From Octopus vulgaris (Eukaryota): DNA of 64,000 bases. Each line of letters opens with the position of its first letter. Within the stretch, counting starts at the first letter, position 1. The DNA is taken from assembly GCA_951406725.2 (NCBI GenBank), contig OX597825.1, positions 59,582,001 to 59,646,000 of the forward strand, read 5' to 3'. Of this stretch, positions 14,205 to 27,367 are shown one piece after another. The notes under the pieces were generated by a model. The model saw only the letters and a program-made list of their open reading frames with translations, had not been told where the DNA came from and ran no database searches. The position numbers and the translations under genes were made by a program.

Positions 14205-14758
14205 TCTATCTATATATCTATCTATCTACATACACACATATAAATGTATAAATATATATGAATACATTGTATGAAACGATACACATGTAGACACACAAAT
14301 ACCGCACACTCACATCACACTCACACAAACATACACACATACACACTGATATACAAACACATATCATATATACAAAAATTTCATATCTAAAAGGATATAT
14401 AGACGCAGACGTGTACACACAAACATAAAAAATCCATACATACACCCCCGGACGAACACACATACATACACATACATGCACATATGTAGGAACATATGTA
14501 TAGAGACACATATATACATACATACACATATATTCATGAGCTTCTCAGAAATATAGACTACTGAGGTATAAATGTAAAAATGAATATTCATAAAGAAATT
14601 ATTCCAATTTACATAAGGTGTAACAGTTGTGCATCATTCCAGTCTATGAACAGAAGTTTCTTACAAACATCTTGAATAATTGCTATCGACTAACAAGATT
14701 TGGTGTGCAGAGAAATATGTGAATTCTTCTTATCTCAAAATATTACAGTATATTGTAA

Positions 14759-14972
14759 AGCAGCGAGTTGGCAGAATTGTTAGAGCACAGAGCTAAATGT
14801 TCAACGTTATCTCACTCGTCTTTACGTTCTGAATTCAAATTTCCCCGAAGAAAGACTTTCCCTATCATCATTTCGGAGCCGGTAAAATAATTACCAGTCT
14901 AGTATCGGGGCCGATGTAATCGACTTATCCTCTTCCTTCGAAATTGCTGGCCTTGAGCCAAAGTTTGAAACC
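14759..14972 (+). mobile_element. SINE family A
   Basis: GCGAGTTGGCAGAATTGTTAG head, GAATTCAAATT, 3' GAAATTGCTGGCCTTG. Confidence 0.8.
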
Positions 14973-14974
14973 AC

Positions 14975-15172
14975 GCCATGATAGATCGTTAGCCATTACA
15001 CACATTTTTTTCTCTCCATATTTCTCTCCTTTTTTTCTGTGTCCCTTTCTGTAGAAGAGCGTAGGCTCGAAACGTAAAAGATTGTTTCTATTCCTGAGCG
15101 TTATACTAATACATCTGTTTGTTTTGTACACCACCTGTCTTCGTCTTTTGTTTTTTTTCGTAAACTTTCCCT
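14975..15172 (+). mobile_element. About 200-bp non-autonomous element with hammerhead-like motif at 15045-15080
   Basis: CTTT-CTGTAGA-A-GAGC-gtag-GCTC-GAAAC-GTA-AAAG; homologous copies at 18449-18620, 36670-36737, 47265-47410. Confidence 0.65.
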
Positions 15173-15232
15173 ATTACAATATAATTCTGAGCACATTTGA
15201 GTGCTCTGAACATTTTGAACCAATACCCCATC

Positions 15233-15420
15233 TCTTTTACTTGTTTCAGTCAGTAAACTAGGGCTATACTGGAGCACCGCCTTGTTGCGATAGTGACACA
15301 AAGACACTGCAGTATTTATCTGTTCTCAAATATTCATTTATCAGTTTCTTTTGCTAAGTTACAGGGACATAAATAATCTAACAAGCATCGGTTTTCAATC
15401 GGCATGGGTACAAACACAAA
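15233..15420 (-). mobile_element. SINE family B 3' fragment
   Basis: TTACTTGTTTCAGTCA...CTGGAGCACCGCC...GCTAAGTTACAGGGAC. Confidence 0.7.
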
Positions 15421-15531
15421 CAATCTGTCTGTGTGTCTGTCTCTTTCTCTCTCTCTTTGTGTGTGTGTATATATATACATACACACACACACACACACAT
15501 ACATACATACATACATACATACATACATACA

Positions 15532-15567
<36 letters not shown>

Positions 15568-15639
15568 TTTGTTGTGCAAGATTTTTTATGTGAAGTCGTG
15601 TGTTGAAATGTCCATTCCGAAATACAACAATATAAATCA

Positions 15640-15960
15640 CCTGGCTCAGTGGTTACAGAGTTGGACTAGCAATCATGAAATAGTGAGTTCGATTCCTGGA
15701 CAGGGCTGCGTGTTGTGTTCTTGAGAGAGGCACTTTATTTCACGTTGCTCCAGTTCATTCATCTGTAGAAATGAGTTGTGACATCACTGGTGCCAAGCTG
15801 TTTCGGCCTTTGCCTTTCCCAACATCAAAGGCGTGCAGAGAGGAGGCTGGTATGCACGGACGACTGCTGGTCTTCCATAAACAACCTTCACCGGACTTGT
15901 ACCTCGGAGGGTAACTTTCTAGGTGCAATCCTTTGGTCATTCATGACCGAAGAGGGCCAA
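15640..15960 (+). mobile_element. tRNA-derived SINE, family D
   Basis: TGGCTCAGTGG A-box, GAGTTCGATTCC B-box, CACTTTATTTCACGTTGCTCCAG, 3' GGTCATTCATGACCGAA. Confidence 0.9.
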
Positions 15961-16242
15961 TCTTAGACAATCAAGTTACTACTCTGTTTGTATACTCAAT
16001 AAATCCACTTACTACAGAGAATAGAACTGATTTGCATATGGGTCATGCCAGTTTATTTAGACTCAAGTGTCTGTCATCTCGGATCTCTGTTCACACAATA
16101 TCAATGTATATATACACCACTGGTTTCTACAAATTTTCTGTCCAAGAAATTCACTTACAAGGCATTGGACAATCTAGGGCTATATTAAAAGACACTTGCT
16201 AAAGGAGGTTCACAAAACCAAATTAGTTGTTACTGTCAGGAG

Positions 16243-16530
16243 CAATCATGAGGTAGTAAAGTAAGTTTGATTCTCGGACCCGGCTGAGCGTTGTGTTGTT
16301 GAGTAAAGCACTTTATTTTACGTTGTTCGAGTTCACTCAGCAGTAAAAATGAGTTGCAACGTCGCCGGTGCCAAGCTGTATCGGCCTTCGCCTTTCCCTT
16401 GGATAACGTCAATGGCTGGTATGCATGGGTGACTGCTGTTCTTCCATAAACAACTTTGCCAGGACTTGTGTCACAGAGGGTAACTTTCTATGTGCAATCC
16501 CATGGTCATTCCTGACGGAAGGGGCTCCTT
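16243..16530 (+). mobile_element. SINE family D, 5'-truncated
   Basis: Colinear with 15670-15960. Confidence 0.85.
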
Positions 16531-16569
16531 ATCTCTCTTTGAGCTTTAGAAGCAGTTCACACATACTGC

Positions 16570-16674
16570 TATAAACCCGGAAGTGAACCCCAATATTGTC
16601 AACCAGTTTTTGGTGTTGCTCTGTGCTGTGTGCTGGAAAAAGTTATAGATATGTGTTTGTAAGTTTGGGTAAGT
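16570..16674 (+). promoter_or_regulatory. Candidate Pol II promoter (TATA plus ETS site) and short first exon ending at tandem GTAAGT donors
   Basis: TATAAA 16570-16575, CCGGAAGTG 16577-16585, GTAAGT at 16659 and 16669, strong acceptor ending at 17000. Confidence 0.3.
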
Positions 16675-17238
16675 TTGCATATCGTAGGAAGGGGAGATTG
16701 ATAACGTTTCAGGATAGGTCGTTCAAATTATATGGAAGAAATATCTTTTCTCTCCCAGATGAGCATTTAAACCAGAGCCGTCATCTGTTTATTCAGATTT
16801 GATAGTAACTCATCCAAAATCACAAACTAAGGGAAAATATTCTATCCGGTGACAAGATTTATCTCTCGTCCTGCTTAGTGAGACAAAACTTAAACACCGG
16901 CATTAAACTTTATGAAGCAGCCATTTAGAAGTTACTGTCGTCGTTTATGACAGTAGTATATAACAGATGCTTATTTTATTCCTCCTTGATCTCTTCTCAG
17001 GACTGCAAACAAAATCAACTCAATAGAATAAAGGATGGAAAGTGAATATCATAAAACAGGATGTTTTTTTGTGTTCAGCAATCGAATGTCTGTGCCAATG
17101 TCATTACATACGAGATAACACAAATATTCCAAGTTCCCATATTACCATATTACATTGATACAAAATCACACATACATATATGTATATATATGCAAATAGT
17201 CAGTGATGGTCTTGCTCAGTCAAGAGTAGACAGACGTG

Positions 17239-17269
<31 letters not shown>

Positions 17270-17380
17270 GTGGGTGTGTGTATGTATGTATGTATGAACG
17301 TGTGTGTGTATGTGTGTGTAATACATGCATATAAATACATATATGCACGCAGACAGACACACAAATATAGATCATAAATG

Positions 17381-17399
17381 TAAGTGCATATTTATAGTT

Positions 17400-17470
<71 letters not shown>

Positions 17471-17637
17471 GTATATATATGTATATATATGTATATATAT
17501 GCATATATATGTATATATATATCTCGATTGTATATATATATATATATATATATGGTAGATATATGTATATACAGATGATATATGCATACACACACCCAAA
17601 TATACACACATATATAAATAAGTGCATATTTATAGTT

Positions 17638-17676
<39 letters not shown>

Positions 17677-17828
17677 TTATATATCCACATATATGTATAT
17701 GATATAATACGTATATATATGTATATATATGTATATATATGCATATATATGTATATATATATCTCGATTGTATATATATATATATATATATATGGTAGAT
17801 ATATGTATATACAGATGATATATGCATA
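17381..17828. repeat. Recent tandem duplication, about 240-bp period
   Basis: TAAGTGCATATTTATAGTTGAC at 17381 and 17619; ATCTCGATTG...CAGATGATATATGCATA identical at 17521 and 17761. Confidence 0.9.
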
Positions 17829-18031
17829 ATATCAAATAGTCTACGGAATGATCTGAAATAGTAATTTATTTACATTAGACACACAACACATATGTATCTA
17901 TATACTCATCCACATCCACATGTATATGACACAATGCGTTGATATGCAGCAATCGAAACAGGTAATATTCTAGGATATGATTAAAAGCAAATATGACATA
18001 TGCAGATTAAGTGATAGGTAGATAGGTATAT

Positions 18032-18094
<63 letters not shown>

Positions 18095-18095
18095 C

Positions 18096-18340
18096 ACACA
18101 ACAAAGGACCATATAATTAGTAGAATTTCTATATAAACGGCAGTTTGTCTGTGCGTTTTCTGTGTGTCTGTTTTCTCGTACCCTCACTCTGACCATGGCT
18201 TTCAACCGATTCTGATGAAACTTGACACACACATAGCCCAATGTCATAATTCAAAACTAACGCAGCGAAAATTTTGAAAAGTTCCCCCAGTTCTGAAAAA
18301 AGTCGATAAATTCGACATGGGGTCGAGAATCAGAAACGCA
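18096..18340 (+). mobile_element. Probable non-autonomous Helitron-like 5' segment
   Basis: TCTATATAAA...TTTGTCTGTG...ACCGATTCTGATGAAACTTG pattern typical of Helitron-N 5' ends; similar segment at 33560-33742. Confidence 0.4.
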
Positions 18341-18371
18341 GATAGATAGATAGGTAGGTAGATAGGTATAT

Positions 18372-18448
<77 letters not shown>

Positions 18449-18620
18449 GGGAGAATTCACAAAGAAACAAAAGGCAAAGAGAGGTGGTGTGGACAACAAA
18501 CATTAGTATTACGCTCGGGAAGTGAAAAAGTCTTTAACGTTTCGAGCCTACGCTCTTCCACAGAAAGGAATACAGGAACAAACAAGGAGAGAAAATATAG
18601 AATGTGTAGTGGCTATGGAC
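18449..18620 (-). mobile_element. About 200-bp hammerhead-like mini element (motif 18532-18567)
   Basis: Reverse complement CTTT-CTGTGGA-A-GAGC-gtag-GCTC-GAAAC-GTT-AAAG; abuts (TA)n. Confidence 0.65.
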
Positions 18621-19035
18621 ATATAGATAGAAAAATAGCTAGATAGATAGATAGATAGAAATACCTGATCTAAGTATAGGCTCTCCGAGGGAAGTGAAGT
18701 CTCTACTAAGAGATACTGTACAGAAATGGATTTTTGTTGCTTTCTCATTACGTTCAAGAAGACTTGACCTTAAAAAAAAGAAAAAAAACCCCAGAATAAA
18801 CTAGGAGTCTATCATCTGTGTTGAAGGAGTCACTAAACAATCGCATGACTTGATGAAATAACAGCCAACTTCTCGCAGGTGAAATGCTAAAACAAAAAAA
18901 CAAAGAAAAATGCAAAGGAAAAAGAAAAGAAGATTATAAGCAATGGATCAAATACGACCCTTAAAAAATAGCGGGAAGATGTCTTTAAAATCGCACCTAA
19001 CCGTCCTCAGTCAACAACGATAATCTTTCGCCTTT

Positions 19036-19422
19036 TACCTTTTACTTGCTTTAGTCATCAGATTGTGGCCATGCTGGGGCACTGCTTTGAAGAATTTTAG
19101 TTGAATGAATCGAACCCAGTCGTTATTTATATTTGATCTTATTGATCTCTTTTTGGCGAACCAGTAAGTTATGGGGACGTAAACACACCAACACCAGTTG
19201 TCAAGCGGGGGTAAGGGACAAACTCAGGCACAAAGACATACACATATAGATACGGACAGACAGACACACGCACACATGAAAGAGTTGTTTCAGTTTCCAT
19301 CAAACAAATTCACTCACAAGGCTTTAGTCGGCCCAACGCTAGAGTAGAAGGTACTTTCTAAAGGTGTCATACCGTGGGACTGAACCCGGTGAGGAAGCAA
19401 ACTTTTTACCACTCAGCCACGC
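19036..19422 (-). mobile_element. SINE family B
   Basis: Colinear reverse complement of 7949-8358. Confidence 0.85.
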
Positions 19423-20721
19423 TTGTGATACATAAATAATATGGTTTTAAATAAAATAATGCTGGTAAGTTGAATGGTAATACGGGGCGAGCGGACAGCA
19501 GGAGAAATCTTGATATGAAGGACTCGTGTTAAGCAAGTATGTTGGCCCGTTATTTCTTGGCTTATTTTATACAAATTGTCAACCTCCTCATCTTTCAATT
19601 GTTAGTCTGATTATAAATGTAAATGATTAAAATGCTGCGTATCTTAGTCTTACTCTGCAAATCTTTTTTTTCGGAAAGGTGTATTTTGAAGTAGATAAAG
19701 CTATAAATAACAGTGGGAAAATATGGCTTTAACAATCTCTTTGGATAGACTGAATAGATCGAACGGTTATTTTCTGTAAGTATGGCGGCCGTTCTAATGT
19801 TGGAGCAAAGCAATCGTTCGAATTTCTGTATCAATTTTAGGAGCTTTATTCTTATTAGCGAGAATCGTATGTTGATGACTAATAACATTTTTTTAATAAA
19901 CTTCGAGCGAACGTGAAATAATTATTTTCTAAAAATGGGAGATCTCGAAGTATATGAAGCTATTTTATAGAAGTATTTGCTTCGAGATCCACTACTCCAA
20001 AACAATTACTTCACGTTCATTTGTAGTATGTAAAAACAGTTGACTTCACTGCATACACGCATAAATACATACATGCATACATGTGTGTGTGTTTGCACGT
20101 GTCCGTGCATGCATGTATGTGTGTACCTATGTGTGTGTGTGTGTCTCTGTATATGTGCTTGAGTATGTTAGTGATTTGTAATTGCACATGACTTTATACT
20201 AATGTTCATTAGTATAAACTACTATCGAAAGATGTGCTTTTACTTCAAACACATAACATAATTATTCAACAGAGACCGATAAAATAAAACCAATTTAAAA
20301 TTAGTACCGAAGTAAACAGAACTACTAAAATCCAAGATGGCCACATCTCATTGTGGCAACAGTCCAATGACTGAAAACAATGAGATCACGAGAAAAATAA
20401 GAAAGTGAAATGTACTACCATTGTTATCACCTGACCAGTTACTTGTGAAGTAAAAAGATTGGAGATGATTCACACAAGTTCATTTTGTACTTTTATCCAT
20501 TTGTAATTGAAAGTATCGCCCAACTAAAATATAATTTGTCAGATTCAGTGAGGACTGCCATATCTACACAATACCTTCCATCACATCATCACCGTTCGTT
20601 CAATACGCCTTGCTTCTTCGTTTTGATTTTATAGAAGTGATGTGTTTGTTCATCTCATCAAGATATTTCGATGTATTTAACAGTAGCAACAAGCATAAAA
20701 GGACTGACCTCTGTCTTGCAC

Positions 20722-20778
<57 letters not shown>

Positions 20779-21473
20779 ATGTGTGCGTGTGTGTGTGCGT
20801 GTGTGTGTGTATATGTATACATATGTGTATATATGTATATATATATATATATATGTATATATATGTCTGTGTATATATGTATATATATATATATATATGT
20901 ATATATATGTCTGTGCGTACTTACTTTTACTAATAATATATATTTATATATTATATATATATTATATATATATATGTATATATATGTCTGTGCGTGTATA
21001 TATATATATATATGTACACACAAAATACACACTCACGCATATATATATATATATATATATGAGTGCAAGTAAGTGCATAATTACAAATACGTACGTATAC
21101 GCTCATACGAAATAGATAGCTACATAAACACATATATACCGCACGTACAAATTCAGAGACCTTGCTCCATGGGTAAAGAGTTATACTGCATTGTTATAGC
21201 AGCATCAACATCAAGAACAATGGCGGCAACAATAGCAGTAACAATAGCAGCAGTAGTAGTAGTAGTAGTAGTGTAGTAGTAGTAGTAGTAGCAGTAGGAG
21301 AAACTGTAGCAGTAACAACCTACCATAGTTGATGAAAGGTAAACACTTTCTGTTCATGATATCCCAATAGAAATTTATTGAGTTAAATAAACAGAACAAT
21401 AACCCATTCTGTATTTCTGTATATAAGGAAGCATAGAGTAGATAAAATGGGAAAATCAGAATAAAAATTGAAG

Positions 21474-21562
<89 letters not shown>

Positions 21563-21609
21563 TTGTGTGTGTGTGAGTGTGTGTGTCTATTTGTCTTTTA
21601 TCTTTTCCT

Positions 21610-21993
21610 TATTTCAGTCATTAGACTGCGGCCATGCTGGGTCCATTTTTTATTTTATAACTTGGTTTCTTTCGCTATCGGTCACTTTACAGGGATGTAA
21701 ACACGCCAACATTGGTTGTCAAGCGGTGGTGGGGGACAAATACAGACACAAAGACACACACCCACGTGCGCGCACATTTACATATACTCTTTTACTTGTT
21801 TCAGTCATTTGACTGCGGCCATGCTGGAGCACCCCCTTTAGTCGACCAAATCGACCCCAGGACTTAGTCTTTGTAAGCCTAGTACTTATTGTATCGGTCT
21901 CTTTTGCTGAACCGCTAAGTTACGGGGACGCAAACAAACCAGCATCGATTGTCAACGATGTTGGGTGGACAAACACAGACATACACAGACACA

Positions 21994-22057
<64 letters not shown>

Positions 22058-22370
22058 TATATACGACGGGTCTCTTTCAGTTTCTATCTACCAAATCCAC
22101 TCACAAAGCTTTGGTCGGTCCAAGGATATAGTAGAAGACACTTGCCCAAGGTGTCACGCAGTGGGACTGAACCCGGAACCATGTAGTTGGTAAGTAAGTT
22201 ACTTACCACAATACCACTCCTGCGCCTTATGACTAGCTTCTTTTAGTTTTCGTCTACCAAATCCACTTAGAAGGCTTTGATGGGTATGAAGCCATAGTAG
22301 AAGATATTTGGGCAAGATGCAACGCAGTGGGACTGCACCCAAACCCATGTGTTTTGTGAGCAAGCTTCTT
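21610..22370 (-). mobile_element. Cluster of three family B SINE pieces (21610-21770, 21788-22226 full length, 22235-22370)
   Basis: Repeated TTCAGTCATT-GACTGCGGCCATGCTGG and CTACCAAATCCACT...GCAGTGGGACTG motifs; head CACTCCTGCGCC at 22215-22226. Confidence 0.9.
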
Positions 22371-23169
22371 ATAGCCCGTGTACATATACATATATATTGA
22401 TTGATAGATAGATGGAAAAAAAAGAGAACAAAGGGATTGGTTGTGTCGATATCCTTAACACTTTTGACCGTAAGGCAGAATTATATTAATAGCCATACAA
22501 TTCCTTAACGTTAAATGTGTGAGTAATGTCAGTAGTTTGTGTGAACGTTCGCTAACATATTGGAATTTTGAAGAAGAGGAAACCTTGGAACTATGCAATT
22601 TCTATGTGAAAGTATATGAAATAATGCCCATATAGTGAATAAGAAACTGGCGATAAATTGAAGACCGGAATATGGTGTATTATTTCATATTTCCACTACT
22701 GTGAAGTTAATTAGAATTTGAAGCATCAAGTAAAATATTACTCACGAAATATTAAATGGTTTCAACAATTAATTATTAATAAAATCTTGATAGTTTCATC
22801 AGAAATATTATGCATTTGTTTGTTAAATTCTATATTAAAACCCAAGGTTATATTGAAACATTTAAAGTTAACTCGTTCAAATCAGAGTTTAAAACTCCTC
22901 GTTTAGCTTCTGGATTGAGTCAAGAAAGAGAACCATATTATAGACATTCAGTGGCCGATTTACGTAATACTCTTAAGAGAAATTTATTAAAACAGCTTCA
23001 CTGAGAAATGGGACGTAAAACGGCGAATCAAAAGTACAGAGAGAGAAAGCAGCCATTGAAATGTTAGAAGCTGTTAAGCCGAATTCTACTTTCACTACAC
23101 TATACTCTCCAATATGCAGTCAGATGTTCTTGTGACTTCTATCTTGTAACATAAACTTTTGGTATCTTT

Positions 23170-23526
23170 TTTCTTGTTTCACTCTTTTGACTGCAGTCAT
23201 GCTTGGGCACTACCTTAAAGGGATTTAGTAGCAAAAATCGACCCTAGGAATGTTCTTTTAAGCATAGTACTTGTTCTACTGGTTTCTTTGGCCGAAGCGC
23301 TAAGTGACGGGAACATAAGCACACCAGAATTGGTTGTCAAGCGGTGGTGGATACAAATACAGACACAAAATACGCGCGTGCATACACACACACACACGAT
23401 GCACTTCTTTTAGTTTCCAACTACCAAATCCACTCACAAAGCTTTGGTCTGTTCACAGCTATAGTAGAACACATTTGTCCAAGTCGCCATGCAGTAGGAC
23501 TGAACATAGAACCACGCCTGCGCCTA
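23170..23526 (-). mobile_element. SINE family B
   Basis: Same motif order; ends CCACGCCTGCGCC. Confidence 0.85.
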
Positions 23527-23864
23527 TAATGTGTCTGTATGAAAGTTTTAGAGAAACAGTATGGAAAAAAATGGATAAATTGCACGCAACCAAAGAATAA
23601 TCACTTGAGTAATTTCTGAACATAGTGCTAAGTCTAGTTCTTCCGAGCCATACGTAATTGCACTAGTTTCAAGAACCTCTACATTGCTTACTTAATCTTT
23701 TGAATAATATTTTTCACTAACAATACAAAATCAGTAGAAACAAAACGAAAAATATACCAAAACACAAAAATATAATCAAAACAAAGCTAGCTTTATTAAC
23801 TATTATCGCTTATATAGGATGCTTCTCTTCGGGCGGTTAAAATATAAGTTTGGTACATATATAT

Positions 23865-24060
23865 ATAGTCAATCCAAACAAGAACAAGCAACCCCCCCCC
23901 CCCCAAAAAAAACAAGGCAAGGACGTGGTACAAGTACTGTGTTATTGGACGCTCAGGAAAAGAAAGAAAAGAAAGAGGATTTACGTTTCATCAGAAATAT
24001 AGAAAAAAGTCCGAAGAAGGGAAGACAGAGAAAGAAAATCGCCAACGATACACACGCGGT
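23865..24060 (-). mobile_element. Relative of the hammerhead mini element with stem II deleted (23980-23997)
   Basis: Reverse complement TTT-CTGATGAAAC-GTA-AA followed by TTCCTGAGCGT, as in the 14975 family. Confidence 0.45.
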
Positions 24061-24064
24061 TATG

Positions 24065-25270
24065 CAGCGTGCAATGGGTAAATTGTCTCAATCTATATTT
24101 TTAATTTAGCCAAAGCGCATTGTTTGTTTGTTTTAGATTTTGTAGGGTCAGTTGGGAACTGTCTGTGAGTAAAACAGCTCATTGACGCATTTCATTCTAC
24201 CAGAAATTTGGAAACAACATGCTGAACTGCTTAGCATTCGCGCCGGAAGCTCCATTACGATAATTTCAGAGTGTTTAGGTGCCAGTCTCAGAAGAGTGCA
24301 GAGGATTCAGAAAGAGTTGAATGAGTCAAATGGTGATCATGAAAGTACAGCAGCTCGGAAAACTCATTCTGATCGTTCTGATAGAAAAGAACTCCTGAAT
24401 TTGTTGGTGAGATTCAAGCCGTGATTCACAAGGATCCCTTGAAGTCAATCAGGACCATCGCCTGACATATGGGAGTGTCTGAGGTTCTTATCAGACAGAT
24501 AGTACATGAAGGCATTCGGTATTCCTCATACAAGATGAGAAAAGGTCAATTTTAAATCCTAGTCCATCAAGACATCCTAGGACAAGAAGAAAGGCCGCGG
24601 CACGAAGTTTTTGAACAAGTTCAAGCATCCCCACCAAACGAACATACGTTGGTTTCTCTCTGAAGAGAAAAATTTCTGCCAGGATCAGATGGAGAACACA
24701 TAGAACAACTGTTAGCTTGCCGTGTCCCCAAAACATGTACCGAGAGTGATAAAAATCAACTATCCAGTCAACACCATGGTGTTTGGAGTGATCACTAGTG
24801 ATGGTGGCGTTATGGCTCCATTCATTTTCCCACACAGCCTCACACTCAACTGGGTCAAGAGGTGGCCGCTGGAAGATTCTATGTCTAGTAACAGGACTCT
24901 GCACCATGCCACACAAGCTGGAGGACCCAGTCATAGCTGTCAGAAAATTTCTGCGACCACATCACCCCTAATATCTGGCCACCTAACTCCCAGACTGCTA
25001 CCTACTTCATTATTATGTGTGGGGTGCAGTTGAGTGAGAGACCAACAAAACTCCTTGTAACACAAAAGATGAACTGAAAGCAAAGATTATGATAGCATTC
25101 ACCAACTTAAACAAGGAGACCGTCCAGAAGAGCTGCAGGAGATTCCGAAGTCATCTAGAGGCCGTGATTGGAGCCAATGGGGAATTTATGGAATAAATTT
25201 ACTCCTTAGTAATTCCAAACATTTTAATGTAATTTTGGTAAATATATGTTAAAATGCGATGGCTGTGTTA
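24065..25270 (+). mobile_element. Decayed Tc1/mariner-superfamily transposon, DD37D (maT)-like transposase pseudogene
   Basis: Translations MVFGVITSDG, QDSAPCH, WPPNS(P)DC..(D/H)YYVWGAVE, LEAVIGANGEF; 37 residues between 2nd and 3rd catalytic positions after correcting one frameshift; multiple stops. Confidence 0.85.
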
Positions 25271-25284
25271 AACTCTATACAGGG

Positions 25285-25360
<76 letters not shown>

Positions 25361-25586
25361 AGAGAGAAAGTGAGAGAGTGAGAGAGAGAGGATAACTTCC
25401 TATACTTTATACGGCCTTGGTACAATACTAATAAAGGTAGGCAGATGACAATGTTTTTTTTGCCTTCCTCAGACACATCGATGTTTACCCCCGATACATT
25501 CTGTGCGATTGCAGTTGAAACCTTTAACAACAATAGCTTTTCGTTTTTTGTTCTTTTTGCTGTACCTTGTAATGTGACAATTCTGT

Positions 25587-25971
25587 GGAGGCGCAATGGC
25601 CCAGTGGTTAGGGCAGCGGACTCGCGGTCATAGGATTGCGGTTTCGATTCCCAGACCGGGCGTTGTGAGTGTTTATTGAGCGAAAACACCTAAAAAAGCT
25701 CCACGAGGTTCCGGCAGGGGATGGTGGTGATCCCTGCTGTACTCTTTCACCACAACTTTCTCTCACTCTTACTTCCTGTTTCTGTTGTACCTGTATTTCA
25801 AAGGGCCGGCCTTGTCACTCTCTGTGTCACGCTGAATATCCCCGAGAACTACGTTAAGGGTGCACGTGTCTGTGGAGTGCTCAGCCACTTACACGTTAAT
25901 TTCACGAGCAGGCTGCTCCGTTGATTCGGATCAACCGGAACCCTCGTCGTCGTAACCGACGGAGTGCTTCC
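25587..25971 (+). mobile_element. tRNA-derived SINE, family C, full length with 14-bp TSD
   Basis: TGGCCCAGTGG A-box, GGTTTCGATTCC B-box; TAATGTGACAATTC (25570-25583) / TAATGTGGCAATTC (25972-25985). Confidence 0.92.
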
Positions 25972-26473
25972 TAATGTGGCAATTCATAATCTCTGACATG
26001 TTACTGTAATTACCATTGTCCTAGTTATCATCATCATACTAATCATATTTCGATTCTGTTATCCCAATAGAAACAATTTAATTAAAAATACACAGGACCT
26101 GTCCTATCACCAATGTTAAATGTGTTAGGTTTGACTCTATATTCCACCATTCCTTTGCAGCAGAGTATCCCACCATTTACGGTTATGTTTAACCTCATGT
26201 TTGCTGAAATACAGCATTTCTAGTATCAAAGGCATTTCACTTGTGACCATTCAATATTTACAGGCATAACGGCGTTCAGGATCATCATAGTATCCCAAAT
26301 TTACTTGATTGGAGAAAGAATTTGGTTGTTATTTCTAGTAAGGTAGAGGAACCTATATTAGGCGGTAGATAACATTATGCTATCTGTTCTGGATGATAGA
26401 TATAGCTGTGAATATGTATATGTGTAGCTTGGCTTATATATACTGTGTTTATAGATGTATGCGTGCTTTTAAC

Positions 26474-26520
<47 letters not shown>

Positions 26521-27317
26521 GATGTGCTCCTATGGTATATGTATGCGTATGCGTATTACACAAATTAGACGTTGCATTATACACACACACATACGCGCAC
26601 ATACACTAACACACACATTTATATATGACTCCGTAGTGTAAATCACAGATACTGTACGTGCATGTATAAAAGTGATTTTATATGCATGTGTATGTACATG
26701 TGCATCTTAGTATATGTATTGAATTATGTACGTATGTGCCAGTCTGTATATGTGTATGTCATACTTTGTGATTTATGCATCTAAACTTGCAAATGTTTTT
26801 GTACATGTGTGTAAAATTGTTCGCATTTTACTCCATGTGTCGGCGTGTTTGTGTGCGTGTGTTTGCGAGTGTGTGTGTTTGTGTGTGGTTGTGTATCCAC
26901 ATGTGTGTTTGTGTGAGCGCATATTATACTTTGGGGTCATATCTGTAGACGTGTGTATCTGTTGAATTCTGTACATATGTCTGACTCTGTACCTGTTAGT
27001 TTTGTCTTTGTGTACATGCATGTAAACAGTAGTCTAAATGCATGGGTATGCTTCTCATATATGTCTATGCGTGTGCACGTATCAATGTGGCGCGTGTGTA
27101 TGTATATGTGTGTGTATATGTGTGTGTGTTTGTGTGTGTGTAAGGATCTCGTAGATGAAGCCATTTCAACTTCACCATTGTACATCAATCAATAGAAATG
27201 AGCAGTTCCATTCTAGCCATTCTTCTTATCATGTCTTCTATGCAACATCATTGCTAGCCATTTATAAAAGACAACACTAGAACAGCCTTCTTCACGCTAT
27301 TATTATTATTATTATTA

Positions 27318-27367
<50 letters not shown>

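Noticed and set aside
22810-23004. Protein-like short ORF; similar cases at 10234, 38798 and 58952
   Set aside because: Within chance expectation for 60-70 codon ORFs; no motifs or convincing splice pairs.
25587-25660. Apparent tRNA gene
   Set aside because: It is the tRNA-derived head of a SINE with body, TSDs and paralogues; the same applies to the other A/B-box heads.
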